Assembly (NCBI GenBank): GCA_002104905.1
Contig: MCFE01000158.1
Location: forward strand, 62,001 to 126,000
DNA from: Basidiobolus meristosporus CBS 931.73
Taxonomy: Eukaryota; Fungi; Basidiobolomycota
Direction: 5' to 3'
Length of the DNA stretch: 64,000 bases
Both the position numbers and the translations under genes were made by a program. The notes beneath the pieces are model-generated. The model searched no databases. It saw only the letters and a list, made by a program, of their open reading frames with translations, and was not told the origin of the DNA. This document shows positions 62,153 through 64,000 of the stretch, piece by piece. Each line of letters starts with the position of its first letter. The first letter of the stretch is position 1.

Positions 62153-63866
62153 CTATACCTCAGCCTGTGCCGGGGTAGGCATTTGTTGTCCACGGCCTCT
62201 GCCTCGACGGTGACCTCGGTTTCCTAACACATCAACATTGGTTAAGGCGCTCGCAAAGCCCGAAATTAATCTGTTCGACGGTTTACCTCGGGATTGCCCC
62301 TTTCCTCGAGTGGGATGCTCGCCATTTGTGTTCGAACCATCTTGACCTTGACCTTGACCTTGGCCTGGGCCTCGACCTCCACGACCGCGACCACGACCAC
62401 GATTTCCCCCGCGGCGATTCTCATCCGAGGTGCTTTGTCCAGGTGGGGTTGTGCCGTTGCCATTGCGCTTACCACGATACCCTCCACGATGCCCCCCGCG
62501 GTGCTTGTGTTCCTTTGAAGGATTTCGCTTCCGGGTCGACTCGGTGTCCGGTTGGTCGGCGATGTCCTGCAGGGTGTCGTTTCCTTCTTGGGGCTCTTCA
62601 CTTGTTAACGAGACGGCGGTTCCGTTCACGGACGAATCATGCGTGTCGTCCTGCTCCAGAGGTTCCTCTAATGTGACGGGTTAGTGGGAAGAATCGAAGC
62701 CGTCACCGATCCCTGTTTACCCAATATCTCCGAGGTGGACATGAAGCGGATCCCACCCGGCGGAACAATCACCTCGTGAATTACAACTTCAAGTAAAAGA
62801 GTAAGTATGTTGCGCGATCACAGCCAGTTTTCGGGATGTTTACCGGTGTCGTCGCCGTCGTAGTGTACAAGCTCCTGGTTGTCTGAAGCGAACTCGATCG
62901 CGTGTGATTCCTCAACCTCCTCTACCGGAGTTGGATCCGCGTCCCTCGGTGGACCGATTGATCTCGTCAGCGCCGACGCAACATCCTGATCTATAGTGAG
63001 GCTTGTTAAGGGGAGATACGAGCAAAACGATCACCACTGCGGGTGGATCTTGAGTTGGAAGGATACAGCAGACTCCATGAATGCCGGGGATCTCCTCTTC
63101 CGAGCCGTTGGCCAACTTCTTAAGTGACTCGTACACATCTTTCTGGGCCCCTGCTTTATCGTCGGTGGAAAATTGGGCGACGACGATCTCCTTGAATGCT
63201 GACAACACTCTTGCGTCCGGCTCTGGGACCTCCTCACGCGTACACCATCCGTGGAACAGCCCCACACAGTGGAAAACCACGCCGGCCGCCGAATTCTAAA
63301 TGCAACCAGGAGTGAGAAATCGGGCACGAAAGGAGCAAGATCTCGATTTCCAAGCAACCTCAGCCTCCTCGGCCATCCTTCTGGCTGCCCTCCTTGACTG
63401 GCGCTCCTGCTCTTTGGCTCGGGCAATGTGCGCTTTGGTTTCCTGTCTCGAAACGTGAATAAACCAGCCGGTCGAGGGGATTCATTTGCAACGGTTCACT
63501 GTCAGCTAACCTCGGAGTCAACAGTGGTGAACTGCTTGACCATGTCCTCCAGCTCTCTGATGGCGGAAGAGACCTCATCTCTTTTCTCCCAAGCCTGGAT
63601 CTGGTCGGAGTTGAGCTCCACCTTCCCTTCCGAGCTTGTGCCGATCACCTCGGCGTACCTTTCTATCTTACTCTGTCGGAAAATAAGGTCAGTTCCACTG
63701 GATAGGGGAAGAAGGGGTGTCCAGGCAAACACTCTACCCATCTCTTTTTCAGCGTACGAAGTCGTCTCAATATCAACTCGACGTAGGGATTTTCATGTTT
63801 GGCTATGCTGGCAACATCTTTCGTGGCAGAATTGGCGGGTTCGTTATGGGGTTTGAGTTCAGACAT
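62153..63866 (-). CDS. Caprin-like / RGG-box RNA-binding protein, multi-exon (exact internal exons not resolved)
   Basis: N-terminus YVELILRRLRTLKKR...KIERY...LNSDQ...EV resembles the Caprin-1 N-terminal region; C-terminus RGGNRGRGRGRGGRG. Confidence 0.7.
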
Positions 63867-64000
63867 GGTAAGGTAGCTTGGACGTGTACTCTAATGGGGG
63901 GGCTATGCTATTTTATCGGTGTATACGACAGTGTATTCGTATGGTTGTGTGGAGGTGGCTGGAAAAGGTAGTACGAAATTCATGCTAACTTAAGCATACT

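Overview
Eukaryotic, intron-containing fungal DNA, probably from an early-diverging lineage (inferred from gene content and ~55-110 nt introns). It has two sharply different halves. Bases 1-~48900 are a CpG-depleted block of nested transposons. These include Ty3/Gypsy family A (368-bp LTRs, one near-complete copy), Ty3/Gypsy family B (~1.05-kb LTRs, tRNA-Lys PBS), a chromovirus tail, Ty1/Copia remnants and CACTA/EnSpm remnants. The block also holds three copies of a 3.4-kb two-ORF PHIS-superfamily (Harbinger/IS5-related) DNA transposon with 15-bp TIRs and ANT target duplications, plus two kinds of non-autonomous derivatives. Bases ~49000-64000 are CpG-normal and gene-dense: an orphan secreted protein, RPS2, a CE4 chitin/polysaccharide deacetylase, a MetR/CYS-3 bZIP factor, TSPO, a SAM-HMG protein, ATP23, an F-BAR-DEP-RhoGAP and a Caprin-like RGG protein. 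The best candidate for an undescribed system is the PHIS/Pangu-like transposon family, with a compact IS5-like transposase, a divergent uncharacterised ORF2, a 181/211-bp MITE and a 730-bp foldback element. All calls come from manual motif reading and pairwise comparison within the window; no database searches were run. Boundaries of decayed remnants are approximate.
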